The notes: generated from the letters alone by a model not told the origin. A stretch of DNA of 32,000 nucleotides from Xanthomonas campestris pv. campestris str. ATCC 33913 (GCF_000007145.1 NC_003902.1:2846497-2878496), one strand, 5' to 3'. Shown: positions 1 through 9,683, counted from the stretch's first letter. Program-made: numbers and translations.

Positions 1-1851
1 GCGGATGTACTTGGGGTCGTCGTCGGCATCGCCGTGCTTAGGCATCAGGCCCACGCTGAAGGGGTAATAGTTATTGGTTTCCTTCCAGTCCACCGGCAGG
101 CGCGGGCCCTTGGCCTGGCGGTGCTTGAGCAGATCGCCGGATAATCCCACCGAATCGGCCGTGCTGCTGCGGTCCTGCCACAATACCTCCAGCACCGCCT
201 TGCGGATGCGCGCCGCAGTGGTCTGCATGCGTTGCGCGGTCCCGCTGTCACCGGCCAGCTGCGCGGCCTGCGCGGCCGCGTGCGCATTGGCGTACACGTA
301 GGCGCTTTCGGTGCGGTCCATGCGGATCTCGCCGTGTTGCTTTGCCCAGTCGAAGGACACCGCATCGGCGTCGTTGCCGGTCATCGCGGCCCAGTCGTAC
401 TCGATCAAGCCATTGTGGTTGAGATCGTAGGCAGCCAGTACGCCATCCACGTCGCCACTGCCATAGCGCGCCAACTTGCTGGCCAGCGCCGGTGGGCCAC
501 CATGCACCTGCAGCGAGCGCCAGGCCGCGGCGGTGATGGACTGTGCGTAGGAGTTGGACCAGTTTTCCGGCGATCCGGGGTTGTCCACATACTTGCCACC
601 GCCTGCGGTTTCGCCGGCGCTGAGCCAGCTGCCGTAGGCGTAGATCGGGTCGCGCAGATACTTCAAATCGTCCAGAAACATGCCGGTGGTCAGCACGATG
701 GCATTGTTGTAGCCCAGCACGCCTTCGATCGCGACCGGGAACTGGTAATCGTTGCCTGGCACATTGGCATCGAGAAAGTTGAAACGCAGCACCCACCAGC
801 GGTAGAACAGGCTCTTGGTGATGTTCGCGTTGGGCGTGTCCAGATACGGCACGTTGTCCACCCACCAGCGGTTGTAGCGGGCCACATGCTGCTGATACGC
901 CTGCTGCGGCGATTGCCCGGCAATGCGGTCGTACTCGGCCTGGGCCTCCGGTAGCTCGTGCGTGAGCAGGCCCAGCTGCACCTTGATGGGCGCCGCCTCG
1001 CCGGTGGCGGGTACGGCCACCTCACGCACCAAGCGGGCACCGTCCACACGAAAGCCATCGCCTGACAGCCGCGGAAACACCGTGGTGATCGCGTTGTAGG
1101 CATCGAATGCGCCCGTCAGCGCAGCGCCATCGGCATGCGTTGCCATCGGTGAGCGCGCCTGCACTGACAGCGTATGCGGCGCACCATCCAGGCTGGACAG
1201 CACAAACGTGGCGACCGCCACGTTCTGCTCGGTGATGTATTTGACCAAACGCATCCGCACCCCGGCGCCCGCATCTTCGAACACGGTGCTGAAGTAGCTG
1301 GTCGTCTGCCGCCGCTGCTGCGGCTGCTCGTTCCACTGCACCTCGCGCGTGCCTTGCGTGGACTGCAAGTGGAACAACGCGTCGTAGTCGGTGGCATGCC
1401 AGTACGCTACCTGGCCAACGAACCCCGGCTGCTCGGGAACGTGCGAAGACAGATACGCGGCGCGGCCGCGCGTGAACAGCCAGTTGTTCTCATCGTCGAA
1501 TCCGCCGCCGGTGCCCTCGCGCACCAGCATGCGGTCCACCCAGAAGTCGTTGCCCGGCACCTGCCCTGCACCGCGTGCGACATCGGCCGCGAAGATCCTG
1601 GCCAGCTGGCCATCCGGCGCGAAGGCCACGCCGCTTTCGGGCACCGGATGCGCCAGCCCGCGAAAGCGTGGTTCGCCAATGGCAGCATTGGCCTTGACCA
1701 CCGGCGCTTCCTGCGCCTGCTTGGTACCAGCCGAAGCCGTGCTGGTGACGAAGAGCACCAGAAGACACAGCGCTGCCAAGCCTACGCGCTGCGCCCGCAA
1801 GCTCAGGCAGCTATGCATGCGCTGCACCACGATCAACCCCAAACGCTGCAT
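1..1851 (-). CDS. Secreted protein of unknown family, C-terminus cut by the window edge; possibly a six-hairpin (alpha/alpha)6 glycosidase-like protein
   Basis: Absent from the ORF track because it has no stop in the window. No track ORF lies in this minus frame (end mod 3 = 0) between 1 and 1851, and my translation of it found no stop. The translation begins MQRLGLIVVQRMHSCLSLRAQRVGLAALCLLVLFVTSTASA/GTKQAQEAP (signal peptide; alternative ATG at 1818). It continues ...RWWVLRFNFLDANVPGNDYQFPVAIEGVLGYNNAIVL...AYDLNHNGLIEYDW...NNYYPFSVGLMPK... to position 1. The family guess is impressionistic. Confidence 0.6.
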   Translation of the reverse strand, partial: MQRLGLIVVQRMHSCLSLRAQRVGLAALCLLVLFVTSTASAGTKQAQEAPVVKANAAIGEPRFRGLAHPVPESGVAFAPDGQLARIFAADVARGAGQVPGNDFWVDRMLVREGTGGGFDDENNWLFTRGRAAYLSSHVPEQPGFVGQVAYWHATDYDALFHLQSTQGTREVQWNEQPQQRRQTTSYFSTVFEDAGAGVRMRLVKYITEQNVAVATFVLSSLDGAPHTLSVQARSPMATHADGAALTGAFDAYNAITTVFPRLSGDGFRVDGARLVREVAVPATGEAAPIKVQLGLLTHELPEAQAEYDRIAGQSPQQAYQQHVARYNRWWVDNVPYLDTPNANITKSLFYRWWVLRFNFLDANVPGNDYQFPVAIEGVLGYNNAIVLTTGMFLDDLKYLRDPIYAYGSWLSAGETAGGGKYVDNPGSPENWSNSYAQSITAAAWRSLQVHGGPPALASKLARYGSGDVDGVLAAYDLNHNGLIEYDWAAMTGNDADAVSFDWAKQHGEIRMDRTESAYVYANAHAAAQAAQLAGDSGTAQRMQTTAARIRKAVLEVLWQDRSSTADSVGLSGDLLKHRQAKGPRLPVDWKETNNYYPFSVGLMPKHGDADDDPKYIR

Positions 1852-2120
1852 GCGCGCACTCCGTGCAGGTGAAAAGGCACGACGCACGGCAGCGCACTCG
1901 GCGTGACTGGACCGATGGCTTTGCGCCGTGCTGCCCGCCCGCCGGCTCTCCGCTCGGTTGTGCGGCGGTCATCCACCATACGCGGCCAGGACGTGGGGCA
2001 TTGCGCGAACGCGAAGCACCCCGCAGCGAAACGAAGGCGGCGCGGTCGTTCTGTACATGCGCCGCTGCCCGGCTGCGACGACTCGGTTCGCGCGCAAGGT
2101 CGCCACGCACCCGGCCGCGC

Positions 2121-4937
2121 TCAAAACTCTACCCGCAGCCGGCTCCAGAAATAACGCCCCAAGGTGTCGTAGGTGCTTGCTTCGGTGTTGGCGGCGTTGG
2201 AGTAGCTGTAGAAGCGCGGTGGTTTGCGATTGCCCAGGTTGTCCACGCCCAGCGCCAGCGTGCCGTGCAGGGCGGCGATCTTCCGGCTCAGCGATGCATC
2301 GTGATAGACCACCGAGCCGATGCGGAAATAACGGCAACTGCCATCGGCATTGGTGTCGGCGCAGAAGTCCTCGTACTGGCTGCCATTGACGGTGGGGCCC
2401 AGGTAACGCGTGTTCCAGCTCGCATGCCACGGCCCCTTGTCCCAGGCAAGGTTGGCCACGGCACGCCAGCGCGGCATGTTGCCCCAGCTGGAATTCTCGC
2501 CCACATAGTTATGGGTCTCTCCCGCAAAGCGAAAACTCGAAAAGTAGGTTGCATCCAGCCCGGTGCTGAAATCGCCCCATGCGGTGTCTGCCAGGCGGTA
2601 GTGAATGCCGGCGTCGTAACCACGGATATCCACCTTGCCGCTGTTATAGGCGAATGGCACCGCCACCCGCGTCAGCTGGCCATTGGCATCGCGCTGGATC
2701 AGCCCGCAGAACGCCGCCTCGCGGCCTTCGAAACAGTCGCTGACCACCTGCTGATCGCCAACACCGGACAGCATGTCATCCAGTACCACCCGCCAGCTGT
2801 CCACATTCACCGACAGGTTCTGCAGCGGGTCGTACACCACCCCCAGGTTGTAGGAGCGGCCGCGCTCGGGCTTGAGCTGGAAGCCGATATTGTTGGCGCC
2901 GGAGGTCACCACATTGAAGCGCGCCGTATTGGTGAAGCTGCCATCGTTGGGCACGTTGGTGCAGGCCGGATTGGGTGCGCCGGTGTAGCCTTCGCATGGG
3001 TCCTGGAAATCACCGGTGTTGTCGATCACCGCGGTGAAGGGCGAGCCGTACAGGTCGCCCAAGGCCGGCGCACGGAACACCTGCGAGCCGGTGGCGCGCA
3101 CCAGCAGGTTCGCCACCGGCCGCCACTCGATCGCGACCTTGCTGTTGGTGGTCGCGCCCCAGGCGTCGTACTTCGAATAGCGCGAGCCCAGGTTGAGGTT
3201 GAGCGTGTCCGCAAACGGGGCGCCCTTCAGCAACGGCACCAGCAGTTCTGCATAGGCCTCGCGCACGGATTCATCGCGCCCCTGCTGCAGGATGCAGCCA
3301 TCGTTGTAATCGCAATTGCCATCGGCATCGGCGGCGGCCACATCGCTGGTGGTGCCCTGCGCAAACTTGTTGGTGCGGTACACCAGCCCCACCGCCGCCT
3401 GCACCGCGCCGGCCGGCATGGCGAACAGATCGCCATTGGCGCTGATGTCGACAAACCGCATCTCGCTTTCGTCGATCAGGTCCACCGGGCGCTGCGTGCC
3501 GCGCAATGCGGCGATGGTAGCCGGGTCATTTGGGTTGAAGATGTTGATGGGCGTGCACCCTGCAATGACCGCACCGGGCGCTCCGCACTTGACCACGCCA
3601 TCGCTGTCCAGGAACGAGGCGCCCACCGCATTGTTCAATGCAGAGGTGATCGAAAAACCGGTGCGCACCAGCGTGTCCTTGTAGCGCGCATAGCCGGCTG
3701 CCGCGTCCCACTGCCAGCTGGTGCCCTGCACGCGCCCACGCAGGCCGGCCACGATGTTGGTCTGGAACATCGTGGCGGTATACACGCGTGTATTGGCCTG
3801 GGTGGAGCGCAGGTCGTAGCGCTCCAGCAGATCGCCGAACGGGTTGTAGTAGTTGTCGGACGCACCGAGCATTTCCAGGCCGAACGCATCCAGCCGCGAC
3901 GTGGTCTTGCTGCGGGTCCAGAACACATCCATATAGCCCTGGATGCTGGGGGTGAAGTCGAAGCTGCCGTGCAGCGAGGCGTTGGTGCGCTCGATCGGCG
4001 TGATCAGGTATTGCGCGTCGTAAACGTTGTAGCTGTCGGTAGCGCGTTGATACGGGCGAAACGCATCTTGGCCCACCGGGCCGGGCGCAACGCCCTCGGC
4101 CGGCGTCAACCGGCGCCCGTCGGTCAGGAAGGCGCGGGTGTTGGCGCCGCGGACCTCGCTGACCTGCCCTTCGAAATATTCCACGGCCTTGGCCGCATAG
4201 CTGCGGTCGCGGTTGAAGACCGGATTCATCGAATTGCGGCTCAGCCCGACGATCACCCCGCCGCGGTCCCAGCTCTTGCCCCACTCCACACCGAGCGTGC
4301 GGCTGTTGGCATCGCCGTGCGTGCTTTGGGCATAGTCGACGGTGGCGGCAAAGCCGTCGTACTTGTCCTTGAGGATGATATTGACCACCCCGCCAATCGC
4401 ATCGGAGCCATACACCGAAGAGGCGCCATCGGTGAGCACTTCCACACGCTCGACCATTGCCGCCGGAATCGCATTGACGTCCACGCCGGGCGCAGAGGCC
4501 ACGCTGCTTGCCGGCCCCGCCATGCGATGGCCGTTGACCAAGACCAGCGTGCGTTCGGGGCCGAGATTGCGCAGCGACACCAGTGCGCGTCCGTGGCTGA
4601 AGCCGGAATTGAGCGCCGGCCCTGCCATGAAGCCGGCCATCACCGGCAGCTGCTGCAGCAGCTGTCCCAACGTGCTCTTGCCACTGTCCTCGATGCGCTG
4701 ACGATCGATCACCACCACCGGGCTGGCGGTTTCTGCATCCACGCGGCGCAAATGTGTGCCGGTGACGTTGACCTGCTCCAGCGTCTGCGCGGTCTCCGGC
4801 GACGCGCTCGCATCACTGCCTTGCTGTTGCGCGGCTGCGGGCAGCGCCGCCGCGGCCAGCACAAGCAGGATCGCGCGACGCAACGGTGTCTTGCACGAGA
4901 ACGGGGGCAGCAACCCAGCGGAACGGCTGTGCGACAT
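2121..4937 (-). CDS. TonB-dependent outer-membrane receptor (938 aa)
   Basis: ORF 2121..5039(-). I place the start at ATG 4937 (AAGGAA 6 nt upstream); ATG 4958 is an alternative. Signal peptide MSHSRSAGLLPPFSCKTPLRRAILLVLAAAALPAAAQQ. TonB-box-like ETAQTLEQVNVTGT. Plug motifs VVVIDRQRIEDSG and NLGPERTLVLVNGHR. The barrel ends ...GRYFWSRLRVEF with a terminal Phe. Confidence 0.93.
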   Translation of the reverse strand: MSHSRSAGLLPPFSCKTPLRRAILLVLAAAALPAAAQQQGSDASASPETAQTLEQVNVTGTHLRRVDAETASPVVVIDRQRIEDSGKSTLGQLLQQLPVMAGFMAGPALNSGFSHGRALVSLRNLGPERTLVLVNGHRMAGPASSVASAPGVDVNAIPAAMVERVEVLTDGASSVYGSDAIGGVVNIILKDKYDGFAATVDYAQSTHGDANSRTLGVEWGKSWDRGGVIVGLSRNSMNPVFNRDRSYAAKAVEYFEGQVSEVRGANTRAFLTDGRRLTPAEGVAPGPVGQDAFRPYQRATDSYNVYDAQYLITPIERTNASLHGSFDFTPSIQGYMDVFWTRSKTTSRLDAFGLEMLGASDNYYNPFGDLLERYDLRSTQANTRVYTATMFQTNIVAGLRGRVQGTSWQWDAAAGYARYKDTLVRTGFSITSALNNAVGASFLDSDGVVKCGAPGAVIAGCTPINIFNPNDPATIAALRGTQRPVDLIDESEMRFVDISANGDLFAMPAGAVQAAVGLVYRTNKFAQGTTSDVAAADADGNCDYNDGCILQQGRDESVREAYAELLVPLLKGAPFADTLNLNLGSRYSKYDAWGATTNSKVAIEWRPVANLLVRATGSQVFRAPALGDLYGSPFTAVIDNTGDFQDPCEGYTGAPNPACTNVPNDGSFTNTARFNVVTSGANNIGFQLKPERGRSYNLGVVYDPLQNLSVNVDSWRVVLDDMLSGVGDQQVVSDCFEGREAAFCGLIQRDANGQLTRVAVPFAYNSGKVDIRGYDAGIHYRLADTAWGDFSTGLDATYFSSFRFAGETHNYVGENSSWGNMPRWRAVANLAWDKGPWHASWNTRYLGPTVNGSQYEDFCADTNADGSCRYFRIGSVVYHDASLSRKIAALHGTLALGVDNLGNRKPPRFYSYSNAANTEASTYDTLGRYFWSRLRVEF

Positions 4938-5121
4938 CGGAGTTCCTTGTGATTTCATGGGGACAACGGCCCACGCACGCGCACGGCGTTGCCGCACTGC
5001 GACAGCGCGAGGTGAGTTGGGACATGACAGATGCGACACCTACGACCGCCATCAAACACGGCAGGTCTCCAGCACCAACGATGACGTGGCTCCCCCTGAG
5101 AGCACATGCCCGGTAACACCG

Positions 5122-5150
5122 GACAACGCAAAAAAAGCTTGCGACAACGC
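5122..5150 (-). promoter_or_regulatory. 8-nt direct repeat (GACAACGC x2, 21-nt period) flanking an A7/T7 tract, about 185-215 nt upstream of the TBDR start
   Basis: GACAACGC occurs at 5122-5129 and 5143-5150, with AAAAAAA at 5130-5136 between them. This is the most AT-rich spot I noticed in the intergenic regions I read closely. Function is unknown. Confidence 0.2.
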
Positions 5151-5537
5151 CAGCGCGCCGTCTTGACGAATTTATCCGGCCAGCGTGCGGAAGTTCGCTT
5201 GCTGACTATCGATAACGGGCATAGCAGGGTTTTGTAGGGCCAGCGACTGAAGGACCTGGCGCTGCTGCGCACGCGGTGTTTCGAGGTCTGTGTCACAGCG
5301 CGCTACTCGCAACGCATCGCGACACTCGTGCACAGCGCGCTTGATCGACACAACGTTGCGACGCCGATACATCTACCGACGTCATCCACGTTTGTGTGGC
5401 ATAGACCAGCTAGTGCGCCACAACGCTCGCTTACAGGAGATACGCGTCCTGGCGGCAGGCGTGCCGCTGTAGTACCGCAGCAGAGGCCCACGGCGGCACG
5501 GGCTTGGCGCGCTGTCAGCGATCTCGCAGCTACTGGC

Positions 5538-7892
5538 TCACGTGTACCACCCCTGCACGCTTACCGTGCCACCGGTGCCAGGCAGTGCCACACGGTCGCC
5601 GTGTGGCCCGTGCAGGCGCGCCGGCTTTCCGTCCACCGCTGCCCGTTGCAGGCGCGTGCCGTGCGGTGGGCGCATGCTGAGCCAGGTCTGCTGCGGGCTG
5701 CGCGCGGGTAGCACCACCTGCGCATCGATGCGGCGCTGCTCCGGCAGGGCCTGCAGCGTCAGCGTGACCGTGCCCCAGCGCGTGGGCGCAGCGGTGATGC
5801 CCACCGTCTTGCCGGTGCCGAACCAAGCACGCGGCACTGCACGTGCCAGGAATAGCTGCTCGCCGGCGCTGTCATCGCTGACCAGCATCCAGCGCAGCAG
5901 CAGCGGGATGGTCATCTGCGCGGGAATGCAGAACAGCGGCATGCCACCGGTGATGCCACTGACCTCGCCGGCCGTCCAGCTGCCGCGCGTGTGCACCTGA
6001 TAGCGATGCGCGTACAGGAACAGCAGGTACTCTTCGATGCGGTCCAACCGCAGCAGTTGTTGCGCATAACCGTAGGAAATAAAGCCAAGCAGATCTCGGC
6101 TGCCGGGCTCGGGCGGCGCGATGTTGGCCACCACACCCAAGCTGGTGCCGCCGTGGCCACGCAGGCAATCGATCACCAGGTTGGCCAATGCCTCCGGCAG
6201 CACATCGGCCTGCAATAGTTCGGCATAGGCACGGTGCGGCCATTGCTGTTCGCTGGGTTTTTCCTGCAGCAGCGATTGCCGGAACGTCAGCGTGGTACCT
6301 GGCAGTGGCCCCACGTACGGCGGTGAGAGATCACGCCGCACGTTGGCGCGCAGGCTGGCTTCAAGACGCGCGCGCAGTTGCCGGGCGCGGCGCTGCCAGT
6401 CCTGCGCGACAGATGGCTCGCCGCCGAGCGTGCGCCAGACCTGTGCGATGTCTTCCCAGCCGCGAATGGTCAGCGCGCTGTTGGCGTAGTACGGCTTCCA
6501 CCACAGCGACGGATCGGGGAACAGGCAGGCATCGGATTCGTTCCAGCCATGCAGCAGGCCGTGGCCATGGGCGTTACGCGGCAACGCCAGCGCCTGGTCG
6601 TGCAAGGTGCATAACACCTGCGCGGTGGCGGTGATCCTGGGCAGATGCCGGCGCAGGCGCGTGACATCACCGGTGTACCGCAGATAGCGCGCCAACAGCG
6701 ACAACGTCAGCCCGAATTGCCCGACCTCCGGTCCGCGCATGTTCGGCAGGCCGTCGTCCTGCACGAACATCGCGAAATAGTTGTCCAGCACCGCGGCGGC
6801 CTGGTCGAAGCGCCCCCACTCCAGGTTGGCGTAGAAGGAACTGGTAAAGGTGTCCTGAAAGCCGTCGTACTCGTTGCCGTAGTAGTCGCGCTCCACTGCG
6901 CCGTACTTGGGGTAGTCGCCGCCGGGGCGCACCACCAGTTCGCGCGCAAACGCAAACTGCGCCATGTCGTTCCAGCTGGCATCGGGCAGCTGCGCCTGCA
7001 CCGTGCCGTTGAGTGCGTGCTGCCAATACGCGGCAAAATCGAGCAGCGCCGCATAGAACTGCTCGGCACTGGCCTCGCCACGCACCGGGCCAAAGGCAGG
7101 GTAGCTGTGGGTGTAGTGCACCGCCACGATCTGCCCACCTTTCACCTGCATGGTGCGGTACCAGGTCTGCACCACGAAGCGATCGGTGGCGCGCACATCG
7201 GCAAACACCAATACGTCGTACCACGTATCGGCCTGGCCATCGTGGCGCATGACCTTGCGCACCGCCGGCATCCACCCACCGAGCATGCCCTCCTCGCGCC
7301 GCTTGATCAGCGCCTCGTCGCCCAACGCGGTAAAGGCATGTTCCGGGCGCGACGTGCGGCTGCGGCCGTTGGGCAGGATGGGCATGGTGTCGAGCGCTTC
7401 GCGCGTGCCGACAAAGGTGGTCCACGGCCAGCGCCCGCCATTGTCCTTGGGATCAAGCAGCGAGGCCGGCGGTGGCGCCACGTCGCGCACCTGCGCCTCG
7501 TCCGGGTCGCCATCGCGCAGCAGGCGGTCGGCGAGCAGATCCGCTTCGGCCATCGCTACCTCGGCCAGCGGCAGGCCGAAATACGGCTTACCCGCGGCCG
7601 GATAGGCAGGCTCGGTGCGCTTGTCCAGGCGCAGCATGCCGCTGTCGGTCCAGAGCGTCAGCTGGCCTTGCGGGTCGTCGAGATGCTCGTAGACGGTCCA
7701 GTCCTGCTCCAGGTGGCGAAACCGGCAAAGCGTGGCACCGACATGCGCCGCCGAAGGCAGCGCTTCCAGGCGCGGATGCAGCGGCACAGGCGTGGCGTCG
7801 CCGGCCACCGCAGCCGGTACCGCCCCGGCACCCGCCACGCCTACCACGGCGGTGGCGGCAATCCCCTGCCGCAAAAACGTTCGACGGTCCAT
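5538..7892 (-). CDS. Tat-exported protein of unknown family (784 aa), possibly six-hairpin glycosidase-like
   Basis: ORF 5538..7946(-). Moving the start to ATG 7892 gives a twin-arginine signal, MDRRTFLRQGIAATAVVGVAGAGAVPAAVAG. Segments such as FYANLEWGRFDQAAAVLDNYF and WWKPYYANSALTIRGWEDIAQVW resemble helical-hairpin glycosidase folds. I cannot name a family motif. Confidence 0.75.
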   Translation of the reverse strand: MDRRTFLRQGIAATAVVGVAGAGAVPAAVAGDATPVPLHPRLEALPSAAHVGATLCRFRHLEQDWTVYEHLDDPQGQLTLWTDSGMLRLDKRTEPAYPAAGKPYFGLPLAEVAMAEADLLADRLLRDGDPDEAQVRDVAPPPASLLDPKDNGGRWPWTTFVGTREALDTMPILPNGRSRTSRPEHAFTALGDEALIKRREEGMLGGWMPAVRKVMRHDGQADTWYDVLVFADVRATDRFVVQTWYRTMQVKGGQIVAVHYTHSYPAFGPVRGEASAEQFYAALLDFAAYWQHALNGTVQAQLPDASWNDMAQFAFARELVVRPGGDYPKYGAVERDYYGNEYDGFQDTFTSSFYANLEWGRFDQAAAVLDNYFAMFVQDDGLPNMRGPEVGQFGLTLSLLARYLRYTGDVTRLRRHLPRITATAQVLCTLHDQALALPRNAHGHGLLHGWNESDACLFPDPSLWWKPYYANSALTIRGWEDIAQVWRTLGGEPSVAQDWQRRARQLRARLEASLRANVRRDLSPPYVGPLPGTTLTFRQSLLQEKPSEQQWPHRAYAELLQADVLPEALANLVIDCLRGHGGTSLGVVANIAPPEPGSRDLLGFISYGYAQQLLRLDRIEEYLLFLYAHRYQVHTRGSWTAGEVSGITGGMPLFCIPAQMTIPLLLRWMLVSDDSAGEQLFLARAVPRAWFGTGKTVGITAAPTRWGTVTLTLQALPEQRRIDAQVVLPARSPQQTWLSMRPPHGTRLQRAAVDGKPARLHGPHGDRVALPGTGGTVSVQGWYT

Positions 7893-7972
7893 CGTTGCGC
7901 CCCATTCGAGTCTTGACTTCACATCGTGCGCGCGCACTGGCGCCACGTCTTGTGGCCGCTGCCTGGCAGGGG

Positions 7973-7988
7973 TGCGGAAATCTGCACA
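7973..7988 (-). promoter_or_regulatory. Candidate operator or promoter element TGCGGAAATCTGCACA, 81-96 nt upstream of the Tat-protein start
   Basis: Matches TGCGGAAATCCGCACA at 27499-27514 (upstream of the Hyp operon) at 15 of 16 positions. Both copies have the same orientation relative to the downstream minus-strand gene. Confidence 0.4.
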
Positions 7989-8588
7989 GGCGCGCGGGAG
8001 GCTGCAGGCACGTGGAGCTCAGGCATGTGGGGGCATGGTCCGTAGCGAAGCAGTGTGGTTTTGAGCATAGGCAGTCTTTGATGGATGCTGGCGTCACCGC
8101 GGACGGGATCATTAGCAGCCTGGATGCCACCAACAAGACGACGTGGGTGGATGCACGGTGCGCGCGGTGCCAGACACGTCACGCGCTTGCACGTTGCAGA
8201 TGCCAGCGTCTGCCGACCAATTGCGTTGCATGCGGACATGCGTCCCGGATTCACGGTGATGAAGACCGCGCTGGAAACCCACATCGCTACTCGCAAGCGA
8301 CACAGCACAACGCACATCAGGCAGCTGCATCAACAACGACGCCGCACAGGCACTCAACGGCAACGGGCAGCCTGCGAACCCCGCGCACGCACCGCCATCA
8401 GGCGCAGTGACTTATCGCCTATTGTTTCCAAGCGTACGCGGCAACGACACTCGTCGTGCGCCAGCGGCTCCACAGCGCACTGTGATCACCCGGACCGAAC
8501 GACAACGCAACCACACGCGGCGCCGCGTCCATCTGCAGGCCGGCACGTTCACCGGTTCCGCATCCGCGCACCACCTCAAGGAATGAAG

Positions 8589-9683
8589 ATGCATCTGCAT
8601 GCGTTTAGATGGGCCCTGTCGTTTGCGCTCGTATTGCCTAGCCTCGCACAGGCGCAGGCCACCCACGTTGACCTGTCCACGCTGGATGCGGAGATGGCCG
8701 GCCCGCGCACGCCGGTTCTGGTGTTGGGGAGCGTGCATCTGTCGCAGCTGCCGAAGGGGAGCGATGTCAGCACCGCGCGCCTGCAACCGCTGCTGGAGCG
8801 CCTTGCCGCGTTCAAGCCGGACATCATCACCATTGAAGGGCTGTCTGGCGAAACCTGCGACCTGATGCGGCGGCATCCAGCGGTGTATCTGGCCGAGGAC
8901 GTGGCCGCGTATTGCCCGGACACGGCCGCCGCGCAGGCCGCAACCGGGCTGGACGTACCCGCGGCAATCGCCCAGATGCGCACGCTGTTGAAGACCATCG
9001 CGCGCACATCCACACCCGCGCAGCGCCGCCACCTGGCCGCGGTGTTCCTGGCTGCAGGCGACCCTGCATCGGCCAGCGTGCAATGGATGCAACTGCCGGC
9101 CGCCGAACAGCGTGCAGGCGATGGCCTGGACCAGGCGCTGGTGACCTGGTTGCGCGCGTATCAGGACCGCCCCAACGAGAGCCAGCAGATTGCCGCACGC
9201 CTGGCGGCGCAGCTCGGCCTGCAGCGGGTCCATCCGGTGGACGACCACACCGGCGACAACATCGATCTTGGCGACCCGGCGGCGTACGGCAAGGTGATCC
9301 AGGCCCAGTGGGAACAGGCCGCACCACGCGCGAAGCCAATGCGCGACAAGGAAGATGCGCTGGCATCGCAGGGCCGCCTGCTGGAGCTGTATCGCGCGAT
9401 CAATGCGCCCGGCAACGCGCAGCTCGCGGCGGATGTCGATTTCCGCGCGGCGCTCCGCGACAGCTCACCGGAGCATTACGGGCAGCGGTATGTGGCCGGT
9501 TGGGAAGCGCGCAACCTGCGCATGGTCTCCAACATCCGCACCAGCTTCGGCGATCGACCCGGCGCACGCGTGCTGGTCATCGTTGGCGCGATGCATAAAC
9601 CGTGGTTCGACAGCCTGCTGGGGCAACTGCAAGGCATCGATATCGTCGATGCACAACAGGTGCTTGGCGCACCTTCCCGGTGA
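8589..9683 (+). CDS. Secreted TraB/GumN/Tiki-superfamily protein (DUF5694-like)
   Basis: ORF 8085..9683(+), with an implausible Arg-rich N-terminal extension. AAGGA lies at 8578-8582; ATG 8589 is 6 nt downstream, and ATG 8583 is an alternative. Signal peptide MHLHAFRWALSFALVLPSLAQAQA. Superfamily-like motifs: VLVLGSVHLSQLP near the N-terminus, DIITIEGLSGE, and VLVIVGAMHKPWF near the C-terminus. Confidence 0.7.
   Translation: MHLHAFRWALSFALVLPSLAQAQATHVDLSTLDAEMAGPRTPVLVLGSVHLSQLPKGSDVSTARLQPLLERLAAFKPDIITIEGLSGETCDLMRRHPAVYLAEDVAAYCPDTAAAQAATGLDVPAAIAQMRTLLKTIARTSTPAQRRHLAAVFLAAGDPASASVQWMQLPAAEQRAGDGLDQALVTWLRAYQDRPNESQQIAARLAAQLGLQRVHPVDDHTGDNIDLGDPAAYGKVIQAQWEQAAPRAKPMRDKEDALASQGRLLELYRAINAPGNAQLAADVDFRAALRDSSPEHYGQRYVAGWEARNLRMVSNIRTSFGDRPGARVLVIVGAMHKPWFDSLLGQLQGIDIVDAQQVLGAPSR

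Noticed and set aside
1863-4952. 1029-aa plus-strand ORF covering the whole TBDR gene
   Set aside because: This is an antisense shadow ORF typical of high-GC DNA. The translation is Arg/Ala/Gly/His-rich with no motifs, while the minus-strand frame has clear TBDR signal peptide, plug and C-terminal Phe signatures.
5060-5070. B12-box-like 11-mer on the minus strand (GGAGACCTGCC) about 125 nt upstream of the TBDR start, suggesting a cobalamin riboswitch
   Set aside because: Only the 3' part of the B12 box matches. I could not find the conserved core elements upstream on that strand (GGGAA..GGTG.GAA.TCC..GC.G.CCCGC, GCCACTG...GGGAAGGC). The 938-aa receptor is also unlike BtuB. A cmscan with RF00174 would settle it.
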